From Antechinus flavipes (lineage: Eukaryota): 64,000 bases of DNA. The position numbers were made by a program, and so were the translations under genes. Below, in pieces: positions 24,410 to 35,625 of this stretch. Below the pieces are notes generated by a model, which worked only from the letters and a program-made list of their open reading frames with translations, searched no databases and had not been told where the DNA came from. Each line of letters begins with the position of its first letter. Within the stretch, counting starts at the first letter, position 1. The stretch lies in NCBI RefSeq assembly GCF_016432865.1, contig NC_067399.1, forward strand, positions 6,572,001 to 6,636,000, written 5' to 3'.

Positions 24410-25760
24410 TAATAAATGTGTATTGTTGAGAAAAACCAATCTTCCAATCGGCTGTGCCCAAAAAATCTGCCCCCTGAATCCATTGCGAGTTTTAGTATAG
24501 TTCTCCTGGATTCGTGGCCAATTATTAAATTGATTCAAGTTCTAAAATCTTTCTAAATTGTCTTTATAATTCTTCCCCGTAAAATTGTTTTCTTGATTGA
24601 GCTCACTTCATTCTCCATTGGTCCATATCCATCTTCCCGGGTTTCTTCGAAACCGTTCCCTTCATCATTTCCTACAGCACAATATTATTTCCATCCAATT
24701 CATGCACCATAACTTGTCCAACCATCCTCTAATGAATAGGAATTACTCCAAATTACATCACCAAAAGAATTTCTATAACTATATATTTATTTTATTACCT
24801 ATTACATAAATATAAATTAATAAACCATAAATATATGGTTCCTTTTTCTCTCCTTGAGGGGGGGGCAGAGTGGGAGAATACAGACATACTACCCTTTTGG
24901 GACATTATAGATCAAAGGGAACGTACACTTTAGAAATGTGGTGTCTATTATTCCAAATGGCTCCACCGACAGAACAGCGACCTATTTTCCCACAGAAGTC
25001 CCAGTATCTGTCACGTTCCTTTTACGTCAACTTCGCTGATCCGATGGGTAGGAGACAAAACCTCCCAACTGTTTGAATGTGTGTTTGTCTCCTTATTTGT
25101 GATTTAGAGCAGGTTTTTTATACAGCTGTTGGTAACTTGGCCATTTATCAGAGAATGACTCTTCTTCTTATAAAATTGGTTTCCTGCATTAGACTTTCTC
25201 CGAGAAACTTGATGCAGAGATTTTTTTTTAACTTTTTTTCTCATTTTAGCTGAATTAGTTTTGTTTGTGTTTGGTCATGAACTCTTGGATGATTCATCAA
25301 TTTGACTCATTTTTTATTCTTCTAATTAGTTTGTGATGTCACCTTTTATGACTAAGCTGCTAACCTCTTTGGAGCTCAGTGATTGGTACAAGATGTTGTT
25401 CCATATCTGGTTTCTGGCAGACGCTTCCCGATTTTCCCAGCAGTTTTTTGCCAAATAGTAGCTGGGGAGGGGGGTCCTTTGGGAAATACTAGACTATTGC
25501 GCTCATTCGTTTCTCTACAGTAAGTGTCTCATCAGTTGCAATCTTGACCTCTGTTTTTTAAGCGGTAAAAAGTCACTTTGATCGTCTCTGCTTTGTACCA
25601 GCTCGAGATCCGGCACGGCCAAGTGCGCTTCCTTCCTCTTTTCTTGCACGATCTCCCTTGAGATCCCTCTGGATGAATTTGGTTATTTTTCCTCGTCCGG
25701 ACAATTAATCCTCTGGTAGCTTCAGAGATCTGGCGCTGAGTCAGGCCGTCGCGTTGATGT
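24410..25760 (-). mobile_element. Old degraded L1 (ORF2 C-terminus/3'UTR) fragments
   Basis: AT-rich island with L1-antisense motifs (TTTTCCCAGCAGTTTTTTGCCAAATAGT; GATGAATTTGGTTATTTTT). Confidence 0.65.
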
Positions 25761-26540
25761 ATTTTCTAGTCTATTCTCACCTCTGAATTACATTGTCCCC
25801 CCCCCTTGTGCCCCGCCCCAGAACCCACCCACTGCCCACAAAACTGGCAGCGCCCTCGCTCTCAGTCGGCGGCCGTTTCCGATCGGCTCAGTTAATGGGC
25901 CGGTATCCGTGAAGTGCCTACTGTGCGCCAGGCCCTCCCCTAGGGACACAAAGTCGGAAGGAAATGCCCCCCAGGAGCTCGAGAAGGGGAACAAATGGAC
26001 AGCGTAAACCCGGGCCGCGGCGAAGCACAATCCATTCGTCTTTTCCTAATGTGGCTCGGGAGTCTGCGCTGGAGGAAAAGGAGCAAAGGGGCCGGCGAGA
26101 GACCTCCGAGTGAAAGATGGAAGGAGAGGGTTTGGAGCCTGGGGCTTTGGGCCAGGAGGCCGGGGACTGCAACAAGGGAGGGCTCACGTGGCTCGGCTGA
26201 GCCAGGCCCGCTGGGAAAGGTGGCCCTGAACTGGACTCTGAGGGAAAGGGAAGAAGTGGGCACCCGGAGCGGGGGAGGGATGTGAATGTGGGGGCTGGGG
26301 GGAGAGGGGCAAGGCAGGCAGGGGAACGGGGACCAGTATTTGGAGATGGAAAAAGGGCAGGTCAACTGGACCGTGGAAAACCCGAGGAGGAGGAGGCTGG
26401 CTGAGGTCCTGACAGCTGGAGCTGACCAAATCCCCGCCTTTGTTTTACCTAGATTGGACCAAGGTGGGAAAAGGCCTTGAATGGCAAGATAAGAAGGTGT
26501 ATCTCCGTGGGCATCTCCTGAGGCTCTCTGGTCTCTGCAG

Positions 26541-26673
26541 NNNNNNNNNNNNNNNNNNNNNNNNNNNNNNNNNNNNNNNNNNNNNNNNNNNNNNNNNNNN
26601 NNNNNNNNNNNNNNNNNNNNNNNNNNNNNNNNNNNNNNNNNNNNNNNNNNNNNNNNNNNNNNNNNNNNNNNNN
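26541..26673. other. Assembly gap (N run); another lies at 39217-39495
   Basis: N characters in the sequence. Confidence 0.99.
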
Positions 26674-27479
26674 ATTTCCATGGCTCGTTACAAGCACGAC
26701 CTCACCGGGGCCTGGGAAGGAGAGCTCGTGATCACCCCCCACTCCCCCCTACTCCCCCCACCCCACCCCACCCCCCACACACGAGGAAACTGAGCAGCCA
26801 GAGCTCGGCGGCCGTGGGCGTCTGAGGCCGGCTTCGGAATCGGGCCCTGTTACTTCCAAACCCGGGGGCCCTGAACATCCGGGACCGCGCAGGGGAAGGA
26901 GAGCAGGGCCGGGGGCAGCGGGAGGAGACTCGGGCTTTTCGTGGCCCTGGTTCACGGGGCTGGGGGAGGTGGAAGAGAGCTGCAGAGGGCGGGGCCCGAG
27001 GAGCCCAGGAGGGGTCTCCCGGGGGGTCGGGCGCTCCCGGCTCGGGGGGGACAGGGCCAGAGGGGCCCTGGCGTCCTGCTGGGGGGCTTCCCGTGGGGGC
27101 GGAGGGAAATGTCCTCCAAGTCCGCGTCTGTGCGATCCTGCGCAAGCAGCTCCGTGGCGCCCGGGGCGGGCCCTGAGGCGTCTCCAGCAGCGACTTGCTG
27201 AGGGGCTGGGGGACGATCTCCCGCTGGGCCTGACGGGCAGAAGGTGCAGGGCGCTGTGGCCCAGGGAGCGGGTGCGGATCCTGCCGCAGGGAGGGCCCCC
27301 AGTGCCCGACCCGAACCTCCCGGGGCTCGGGGTCTGTCCTCGCGTTGTGTCACGGCTCTCGTCGGAGGGAATTCCCACACTGGGAGTGCCCTGCGGAGAG
27401 CTGTCTGCGGTGGCAGTGAGGGGCGTTCCCAGCCGTTCTCATCCCCCCTCTCTGTGTGTCTCTGTCTCTCTGTCTCTGC

Positions 27480-28145
27480 CCCGCCCCTCCCTCCCTCCCT
27501 CATCCATTCCTCCCTCCCTCCCTCCCCCCTTTCCTCCTCCCTCCCCCCATTCTTCCTTCCCTCCCTCCCTCCCCCCTTTCCTCCCTCCTTCNNNNNNNNN
27601 NNNNNNNNNNNNNNNNNNNNNNNNNNNNNNNNNNNNNNNNNNNNNNNNNNNNNNNNNNNNNNNNNNNNNNNNNNNNNNNNNNNNNNNNNNNNNNNNNNNN
27701 NNNNNNNNNNNNNNNNNNNNNNNNNNCCCATTCCTCCTCCTCCCCCCCCCCCCCCCCCTCCCCCNNNNNNNNNNNNNNNNNNNNNNNNNNNNNNNNNNNN
27801 NNNNNNNNNNNNNNNNNNNNNNNNNNNNNNNNNNNNNNNNNNNNNNNNNNNNNNNNNNNNNNNNNNNNNNNNNNNNNNNNNNNNNNNNNNNNNNNNNNNN
27901 NNNNNNNNNNNNNNNNNNNNNNNNNNNNNNNNNNNNNNNNNNNNNNNNNNNNNNNNNNNNNNNNNNNNNNNNNNNNNNNNNNNNNNNNNNNNNNNNNNNN
28001 NNNNNNNNNNNNNNNNNNNNNNNNNNNNNNNNNNNNNNNNNNNNNNNNNNNNNNNNNNNNNNNTTCTTCCCTCCCTCCCTCCCCCCCTCCCCCCTTTCCT
28101 CTCCCCGCCCCTCCTTCCCTCCCCCCCTCCCCCCTTTCCTCCCCT
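27480..28145. repeat. (CCCT/CCTT)n polypyrimidine tract with two gaps (N 27592-27726 and 27765-28063)
   Basis: Read directly from the sequence. Confidence 0.9.
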
Positions 28146-31100
28146 GTGTGTGAGCCGCTATCTCTGTGCCCGAGCCCCGAGGTTTCCGAGGGCAGACCAG
28201 GAAGCCGGTTCCCGAGCCCGCTGCGCCCTCCCCGCGTCCCCACTTGACCCGCCTTCCCCGGAAAGGTGCCGTGTAAACAGCGGCCAGGGCAGTAAACAGC
28301 TGCGCGGGTCTGTCCGGAGCCAGCTCCGCCATCCCCAGCCCGGCCTGGGCAGGCAGCCGGGACCCCCTGGGCCTGCGGGGTGGCGCCCCCCTAACGCGGG
28401 TCGGAGCAGCTCCACGTTCTCGCCCCCCCCTCCCCGCCTGCGCAGAATTCCCTCTGCCCTCCCGGCCCGGCGCTCTGGGCCCATCGGCTGGAGGTCCGTG
28501 GGCCGCGGGCGCTCCCGGTTCTGGCGGCCCCCGCCTCCCCTCGGACAAGTGACCGCGGCCCCAGCCGCTGCGGGGGAGGGGCGGGGGAGAGAGAGAGGTG
28601 CGGTGAGGCTTTCTGTGGCTGAAGCCCCCCCAGGGGATTTTTCCCTTTTTTCCCCACTTGGGAGCCCTTCCCCTCAAGGAGCCCGGGACTCAATGGCGTG
28701 GGCCGGGAGAAGCTTCTCCACAGCCCTGGACACTGGTCAGGGGACCACGTGGTGGGGGCTGGGGGAGGGGGGAGGGGGTCGACAGCTGCGTGGCGCGGCC
28801 TCCCGGGGGTCTGAGGGAGGGGGGACGCAGCAAGTGTCCTCCCCCCGGGCCTGTGTCCCACACGACATCCCGGGCTGGAGCCGGTTTCCCCAGCCCCCTC
28901 CCAGGGCTGCCTTCCGTTCTCCATCCCAGGCCCCCCCACGTTGTAAGGGCCAGCCCGTCTGTGTCATCTTTGATCTATGCCCTTTTCCCGCCCAATTCCA
29001 CTGTCTGCAGTTGGGCTGGATCTGGGGGAGGTCTCTGTGCCCGTTTGCCCCCCCCTCCCCCCCCCGCCTTGGGGGAACCGGTGCCAGACAAAGGAATGAG
29101 GGGCCAGGACCGGGCCAGGGGGACCTGATATGGGTTGATATGGAAAATAGTTGTCATGACAACTTTGCAAAACATGCTGTCTCTGAGCTGCAATTTCCCT
29201 TGAGAAGGGGGGGGGGTGGAGGTCATCCGGGTCCCATTAACCTCCCTGGCTCTGTCTCCAGCCTTGCTGAGTCCCGCTCCCACAGAACCACAGGCAGCTG
29301 AATCTGAAAACAGCCTTTGAGTTTCCATTTCACGGGTGGGGAAACTGAGGCTGCAGGTCAGGACCCAGCTCTTCAAGTTTGAGAAAAGATTTTAGGAGTA
29401 GAGGGGAGGGTCCCCCAAGACCCGAGGGGTCATGAAGAAATGCGGCTCTCTGTGGCGTGGAAGGGGGCCACGGGGCGCCGAGGTTTCACCCCGGCGGACG
29501 GGACATGGCGCGGGCTGGCTCGCCCAGCTGTTCCTTGTGCGAAGGAGAACGTACGGGGGAGATCTCTGTGAAAATGAATCTGTCCTTAAACAAGACACGG
29601 ACACCCCAAGTTGGAACACCGCCCTTAACCCCTGTTCTCCGTCTCTGGTTGACAGACCCGGGTTCTCCGTCCTCCTCCCGCCCCGAGAAGCGCCGTGAGA
29701 CCCTCTGGGACAAGCGTCTCCCTCCGCCTCGCGGCCGGCTGCAGCTCTCCCAGCTCCGCAGTGAGTAAGGGTCTGGGGGGGGGGCTGTGGGACATTGTGG
29801 GGGGAGGCTCTCCATCCCTCTCTGAACCAGATGCAACTGGGCTGCGCCATCCTGGACGAGACCCTGAGCCCGGGGCTGGGGACCCTCGCTTCTCTTCTTG
29901 CAAAATGTCAGGGCCGTCTTGGGGGTCTCCGACACCCCTTCAACTTTCACAATAACATTCAGAGTCAATATTCATAGGCTACAAAGCGTTCAAGGTTCAT
30001 TATCTCACTTGTTCTCTGCTCATCAATATGCCCATTTCATAGGAAACGAGACTGAGGCTGGGAAGCCCAAAGGTAGGAGTCAAACCCAGGACTCTCCTGA
30101 TGTTAGGGCCAGGGTGAGATGCAAGGTCTAAGGCCCCTCCTGAGATCCCTGAGTTTCAGTGAATTTTCCAGCTTTGACGTTCCCTGTTCTGTGTCCTCAG
30201 CTTCCCTTCACGTATAACATTCTATGTTCTAGGGTCCCTTCCAGTTCTAGAATTCATTGTTCTAAGGTCTCCCTGGGCTCTGATATCTCAGTTCTAGGTC
30301 CCTAATGTCCCGCCCCTGCATTCTGGTCCTGCATTCTAGGGCTCTTTCAGCTGCAGCCCGTTACATAATCCCAGGGTCCTTTTCTCCCCTGCTCAGAGCG
30401 GAGGCGTCTGACTTCTGGAACGACTGCAGCTCACGTTCCGATCCCCCGTAGGATCCTGGGTCCACAAGGGCCTCAGAGCCCGGCCCGGCCCCCCCGCTCC
30501 CCCATTGTACAGTGGAGGAAACTGAGGTCCCTCCGGCCACGAAGGACGTCCGGGGTCCTCTCCACTGGGCCCCGCACTCTGTGTATGGCCTTTGATCCTC
30601 CCCCCCATATCTAGGGGCCATTCTCATACCTGTAGGAACTCGGGCCGAGAGGGTCCGCGGCCAGGGGCCTAATGAGCGTGGGAGGGTGGGAAGGAGGCCT
30701 TTCCTGCTGACTCTGGAGCCGGTGCTCTGCCCACTGGGCCCGGGCTTCCTCAGACACTCTCTCGGGGTGGGTGGGATTGGTATCAAGGACCAGAAACCGG
30801 AGAACACTAGAACGTTCGAGCTCAAAGGTCACTCTGAATCTAGAACGTAAGTGTCAGAGAGGCAGCAGAACCCGCTCCAGGTCGGAAGCCTCCTTCTCTC
30901 ACCCTCATCTCTCCCTTGGGAGGCCCTTGTCCTTTCTCCCATTCCTCTCCCCCTCCCCCTCCCGCCTCAGTTCAATTCCGTGACTGGAAGGGATCCCACT
31001 GATCACGTAACATAAACTGCCCCGTAAGGTACGAGCCGGTGACCACTCAGCCTCTGCTCCAAGAGCCAGGACGGGCCCAGCATCTCTCCGGGAGTCACTT

Positions 31101-31241
31101 CCGCTCGGGAGGAGTTTGTGGTGTTCCGTGGGGGTCTTTACCTTTCGTTTGCCAGAGCTGACGAGTCTTTTTTTTCACCTTTTGAAATCTCTCATCAACT
31201 TGGGAGGCAGTGACCTTATGCCCCATATTACTCTGTCCCAG

Positions 31242-31413
31242 GGAGGAGAGTTACTTCCCCGTCCAGGTTCCCATCATTTCCACTCTGGCTGACGGTTTCC
31301 TTTTGGTGAGAAGCAGATTAAAAATAGCAGTTCCCCCTGTCTGTTCCTCATTGGGGTGGGTGAAAAAAGCAGCAGCAGCAGCAGCAGGAGAGGGAGCTCG
31401 GGGGGACGACAAG
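31242..31413 (+). other. CYRIA: Probable non-coding exon 2 of CYRIA (5'UTR) with (CAG)6
   Basis: Acceptor ...tattactctgtcccag|G (alternative acceptor at 31267) and donor AAG|GTAAAT. It has no ATG. An in-frame TGA at 31361-31363 lies upstream of the CYRIA ATG after splicing. Confidence 0.6.
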
Positions 31414-31824
31414 GTAAATGAGGCCGCCCATCAGCGCCGCGCTGACTCGCTCTCCCGAATGACGTATCCATGGCCCGTCTCTGCCAGGGGGTCTCTAGAC
31501 ATTCTGATAACAGTAACCTGGCCCCCTTCCTGCCTCGGTTTCTCTCCTCCAGCGCGCTCTTGCTCTCTGCTTCCCCAAGGTCTTATGCAGGACAAATGTC
31601 GCTCTCCTTGCCCCATTACTTTTGTGCTTTTAGTGTGAGGTGCTCCTCCTCCTTATTCTGGCCCCAGGCGTGTGCGCTCCATAACTCGGGCTGAGGAGGA
31701 AGGACGTGTCTCTCTGCGCCAGATTCTTCCTTTTGTCTCACTCCCAGCCCACATTAGGGGCATTTGTGGGAAGACGTTTTGAGACGAGGCTTTTCTTCTT
31801 GCTTTGGATTTCCCTTCTTGTGAA

Positions 31825-32630
31825 CTTCTGAGCATGGCTCCTCCCTTTCTTCTCCTTGCTCCGGGGCTCCTCCCTTTCTTCTCCTTGCTCTGGGGCTCCT
31901 CCCTTTCTTCTCCGTGCTCCGGGGCTCCTCCCTTTCTCCTCCGTGCTCTGGGGCTCCTCCCTTTCTCCTCCGTGCTCTGGGGCTCCTCCCTTTCTTCTCC
32001 GTGCTCTGGGGCTCCTCCCTTTCTTCTCCGTGCTCTGGGGCTCCTCCCTTTGTTCTCCATGTTCTGGGGCTCCTCCCTTTGTTCTCCATGTTCTGGAGTT
32101 CCTTCCTTTCTTCTCCTTGCTCCGGGGCTCCTCCCTTTCTTCTCTGTGCTCCGGGGCTCCTCCCTTTCTTCTCCTTGCTCCTGGGCTCCTCCCTTTCTTC
32201 TCCGTGTTCTGGGATTCCTCCCTTTCTTCTCCGTGCTCTGGGGCTCCTCCCTTTGTTCTCCATGTTCTGGGGCTCCTCCCTTTGTTCTCCATGTTCTGGG
32301 GCTCCTCCCTTTGTTCTCCATGTTCTGGAGTTCCTTCCTTTCTTCTCCTTGCTCCGGGGCTCCTCCCTTTCTTCTCCTTGCTCCTGGGCTCCTCCCTTTG
32401 TTCTCTGTGTTCTGGGGCTCCTCCCTTTCTTCTCCGTGCTCTGGAGCTTCTTCCTTTCTTCTCTGTGCTCTGGAGCTTCTTCCTTTCTCCTCCGTGCTCT
32501 GGGGCTCCTCCCTTTCTTCTCCATGCTCCGGGGCTCCTCCCTTTCTTCTCTGTGCTCCGGGGCTCCTCCCTTTGTTCTCCATGCTCTGGGGCTCCTCCCT
32601 TTCTTCTCCCTGCTCTGGGGCTCCCCTCTG
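31825..32630. repeat. 29-bp pyrimidine-rich minisatellite GCTCTGGGGCTCCTCCCTTTCTTCTCCGT, about 27 units
   Basis: Read directly from the sequence. Confidence 0.95.
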
Positions 32631-33145
32631 GGGCATCTGGCTCAGCGGATGGACCTACGCAGTCATCTCCTTGCCCCCCTTTTCCAGCTTTTTTGACTCC
32701 GTTCTCAGAACACCGGCCAGTGCGTTCTTACCGGCCCCTGGCTTGTGTTCTCTGCCCCTTGCCAACAAGCTGTCGTCCCTGCATCTCGAGACACTGTGCA
32801 GAAATCCCGCGGCCAGCTGCTGGGCTCCCCGAGCCCCTCCAGAGCCAGCCTTTTGTTCTGGGACCGGGAGGACAACGCCACCCGGGCGGCGGGCGCGAGA
32901 CCTCGCCCGCCTTTACCCTCCTTCCGAGCCCTGGGCGTCAGCTCCAAGGCCCCGTAGCAGCCGGTGCCGGGGCAGCCCCTTATAGCAGAAGGAAAGCCAT
33001 GTTAGCCCCCGACGCGCCGAGCCGAGGCCGGCGTCCGTACCCACAGTTCCCTCTGCGGAGACGCGGATTTCCCAGCTCTCCCCACTGGGCCCTTCCTTGG
33101 GTTCGCGGGTAGGGAAAAGGATGATTTTCAGGGCAGTAAGTTAGG

Positions 33146-33345
33146 CCTCCTCCCTGGGGCCCTCCTCCCTGGGGCCCTCCTCCCTGGGGCCCTCCTCCCT
33201 GGGGTCCTCCTCCCTGGGGCCCTCCTCCCTGGGGCCCTCCTCCCTGGGGCCCCCCTCCCTGGGACCCTCCTCCCTGGGGCCCTCCTCCCTGGGGCCCTCC
33301 TCCCTGGGGCCCTCCTCCCTGGGGCCTTCCTCCCTGGGACCCTCC
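33146..33345. repeat. 15-bp repeat CCTCCTCCCTGGGGC, about 13 units
   Basis: Read directly; gives the GGPQG repeat ORF on the minus strand. Confidence 0.95.
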
Positions 33346-33682
33346 CTTTCTGTGGTGCCAGAGCGTCTTCTCTGCCTCTCCAGCCCACACCAGGCAGGGG
33401 AAGGACTGCGGCCACACGGCTAACGTGTGTCCGAGGCCGGACTCGGGTCTTTCTGGCCGCCGGTTCCCATGGCAGCGCACTCTCATAAGCAGCCCGCGGC
33501 AGCCACACTATGGCTCCTTCGCAGCGATAACCCCGACTGTTACCTATGGTACCGGTGTCGCTCCTGTCCAAACAGTGGCTTTATTGCTCTTGTTCATGCA
33601 GTAACAGCATTGTTGGTAAAAGCACAAAGATACCTTCAGTAGAAGCCATGAGACCCCCCCAAGCCCCTTCTCAGAGCAGACC

Positions 33683-33792
33683 GCGCAGCAGGGATTGGGG
33701 GCGGAGCGGGGCCCGGGGGCGCAGCAGGGATTGGGGGCGGAGCGGGGCCCCGGGGGCGCAGCAGGGATTGGGGGCGGAGCGGGGCCGGGGCG
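33683..33792. repeat. About 36-bp repeat x3 carrying GGGGCGG GC boxes
   Basis: GCGCAGCAGGGATTGGGGGCGGAGCGGGGCC occurs three times. Confidence 0.85.
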
Positions 33793-34034
33793 GAGATCTC
33801 CCCCGCTTCGGGATGTTCAGGTTTCCGTCCCCAGCCCTGACCCCGTGCTTTGGGATCCGGCCTTCGCAGGCCCCGGGAGGCCTAAAACCCCAGTTCTCTC
33901 CATTTCCCCCTTAGCTCCCCCCCTCTCACTGCGGTGCTCCCCCAGCCGTTCCCGGCCTCCCTCTCAGTCTGGCCACACCCCTTTGGGTCTGGGGCGGTTC
34001 ACAAGAGGTCAACGCCAACCCCCTGGGCTGCCCC

Positions 34035-34222
34035 CGTGTGACCTTGACCACTGTCCCATGCTGACCCTGTGTGACCTTGACCACTGTCCCATGCTGACCC
34101 TATGCGACCTTGACCACTGTCCCATGCTGACCCTGTGCGACCTTGACCACTGTCCCATGCTGACCCTGTGTGACCTTGACCACTGTCCCATGCTGCCCCT
34201 GTGTGACCTTGACCACTGTCCT
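34035..34222. repeat. 33-bp minisatellite TGTGACCTTGACCACTGTCCCATGCTGACCCTG, 6 units
   Basis: (T/C)GACCTTGA at 34039, 34072, 34105, 34138, 34171 and 34204. Confidence 0.95.
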
Positions 34223-35239
34223 TGGTCCCCAAGCCAAGGGCAGACAGCAGAGCTCGGGCTCACCTTTGAGGACCCCTGACCTTTGGGGGGCTGCGGTCCC
34301 CACCCTGCTTCCCACTTCCATGTAGAATGAGGTCACCTTGTCTTGCGGAGCTCTCTGGGGGCTTCCCGGGGGCAGGGCCCTACAGCGCCGGCCTGAGGCC
34401 CCCCAAGCCCACCCCCTCATTTTACAGAGAAGGAAACATGAAGCTCAGAGGGAAGTGCTCGCCTTTGGTGGCACTCAATCTCCCAGCATTTATTGGGCAC
34501 CGGCTGGGTTCTTGGGACGCAGAGGCAGAAGGGAAGGGGCTCTCGCTTCAGGAAACTCCCATTTTAGCTTGGGAAATGGCCCGGGGGGACTGAGAGCCCA
34601 CCCTCTGCCCCGGGAGATCTGAATGGGGGCCTCCCCTTGGGGGACCTGGGCCTCAGGCAGACATCGCCGGTACTTTAGGATCGTGGACCCCGAGTTCTTG
34701 CCCTCCGGGCTCGCAGCCTGAGACCCGGACTTAGATTCTTGTACCGTTTTTGCATTGCTCTTTTGTTGCCATTTGGCTGGAGATGAGAAGGGAAGGGGAG
34801 GAGAAGGGCGATCCTTCCGATCCGGGCTCATGAGGCTCCTTCTTCTTCAGGCAGAAAGACCCCGAGCAAGGCGGAGGCGGCGGCTCTGGCCCGAGCTCGA
34901 GCTGTCCTGGGGCCTGGCCTGGGCCTGGGGGCTCTGCGGACGCTGCTTCCCCGCAGCCTGGATTGGTGACTGCAGCTCCTGGGGACTCACGCTTCCAGGT
35001 AAGGAGGGCCCGTGGCCCCGCCCGTGGCCCCGCCCGTGGCCCCGCCCCTCCCCCGGTCAGGGCCCTCAGCTCATGGCAGCTGGCGCTGACACTGGGCTTT
35101 ATAGAGTGAGTGCCGAGGGTTAGGGGGTGCAAGTCCTCGGGCGTTCCAGACGCTCCCGTCCGGCGGCCACGGTTCCCGGTTCTGGAAGCGGGGGCTGCGC
35201 GAAGCCAGGATTCAAGGCAAAAGGCTCCCAATTGTGGGT

Positions 35240-35625
35240 GTCTGAGCACCGAGTGCTCCCCCCGGACCCTGGGCCAATAAGGAGGGACTGGGGCCACCTG
35301 ACCCTGCGAAGCCCCCTCGCCCCGGAAACCCCGGCTCTCTGGGGAGCACCGAGTGCTCCCCCCGGACCCTGGGCCAGTGAGGAGGGCCTGACCCTGCGAA
35401 GCCCTCGCGCCACAGAAACCCCGGCTCTCTGGGGAGCACCGAGTGCTCCCTCCGGACCCTGGGCCAGTGAGGAGGGCCTGACCCTGCAAAGTGCTCCCGC
35501 CGCGGAAGCCCCGGCTCTCTGAGGAGCACTGAGTGCTCCCCCCGGACCCTGGGCCAGTGAGGAGGGCCTGACCCTGAGAAGTGCTCCCAGGCCGCGGAAA
35601 CCCCGGCTCTCTGGGGAGCACTGCC
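35240..35625. repeat. About 90-bp repeat x4.2 with a palindromic core GAGCAC-NGA-GTGCTC
   Basis: GAGCAC at 35244, 35344, 35434, 35524 and 35616. Confidence 0.9.

Noticed and set aside
29657-29766. Possible exon ending at CGCA|GTGAGT (29760/29761)
   Set aside because: The donor is strong but the acceptor is weak and no promoter is evident, so support is insufficient.
31653-33112. 327-418 aa ORFs (EEREEPQSTEKKGRS repeats and Leu/Phe/Ser repeats)
   Set aside because: These are translations of the 29-bp array in multiple frames.
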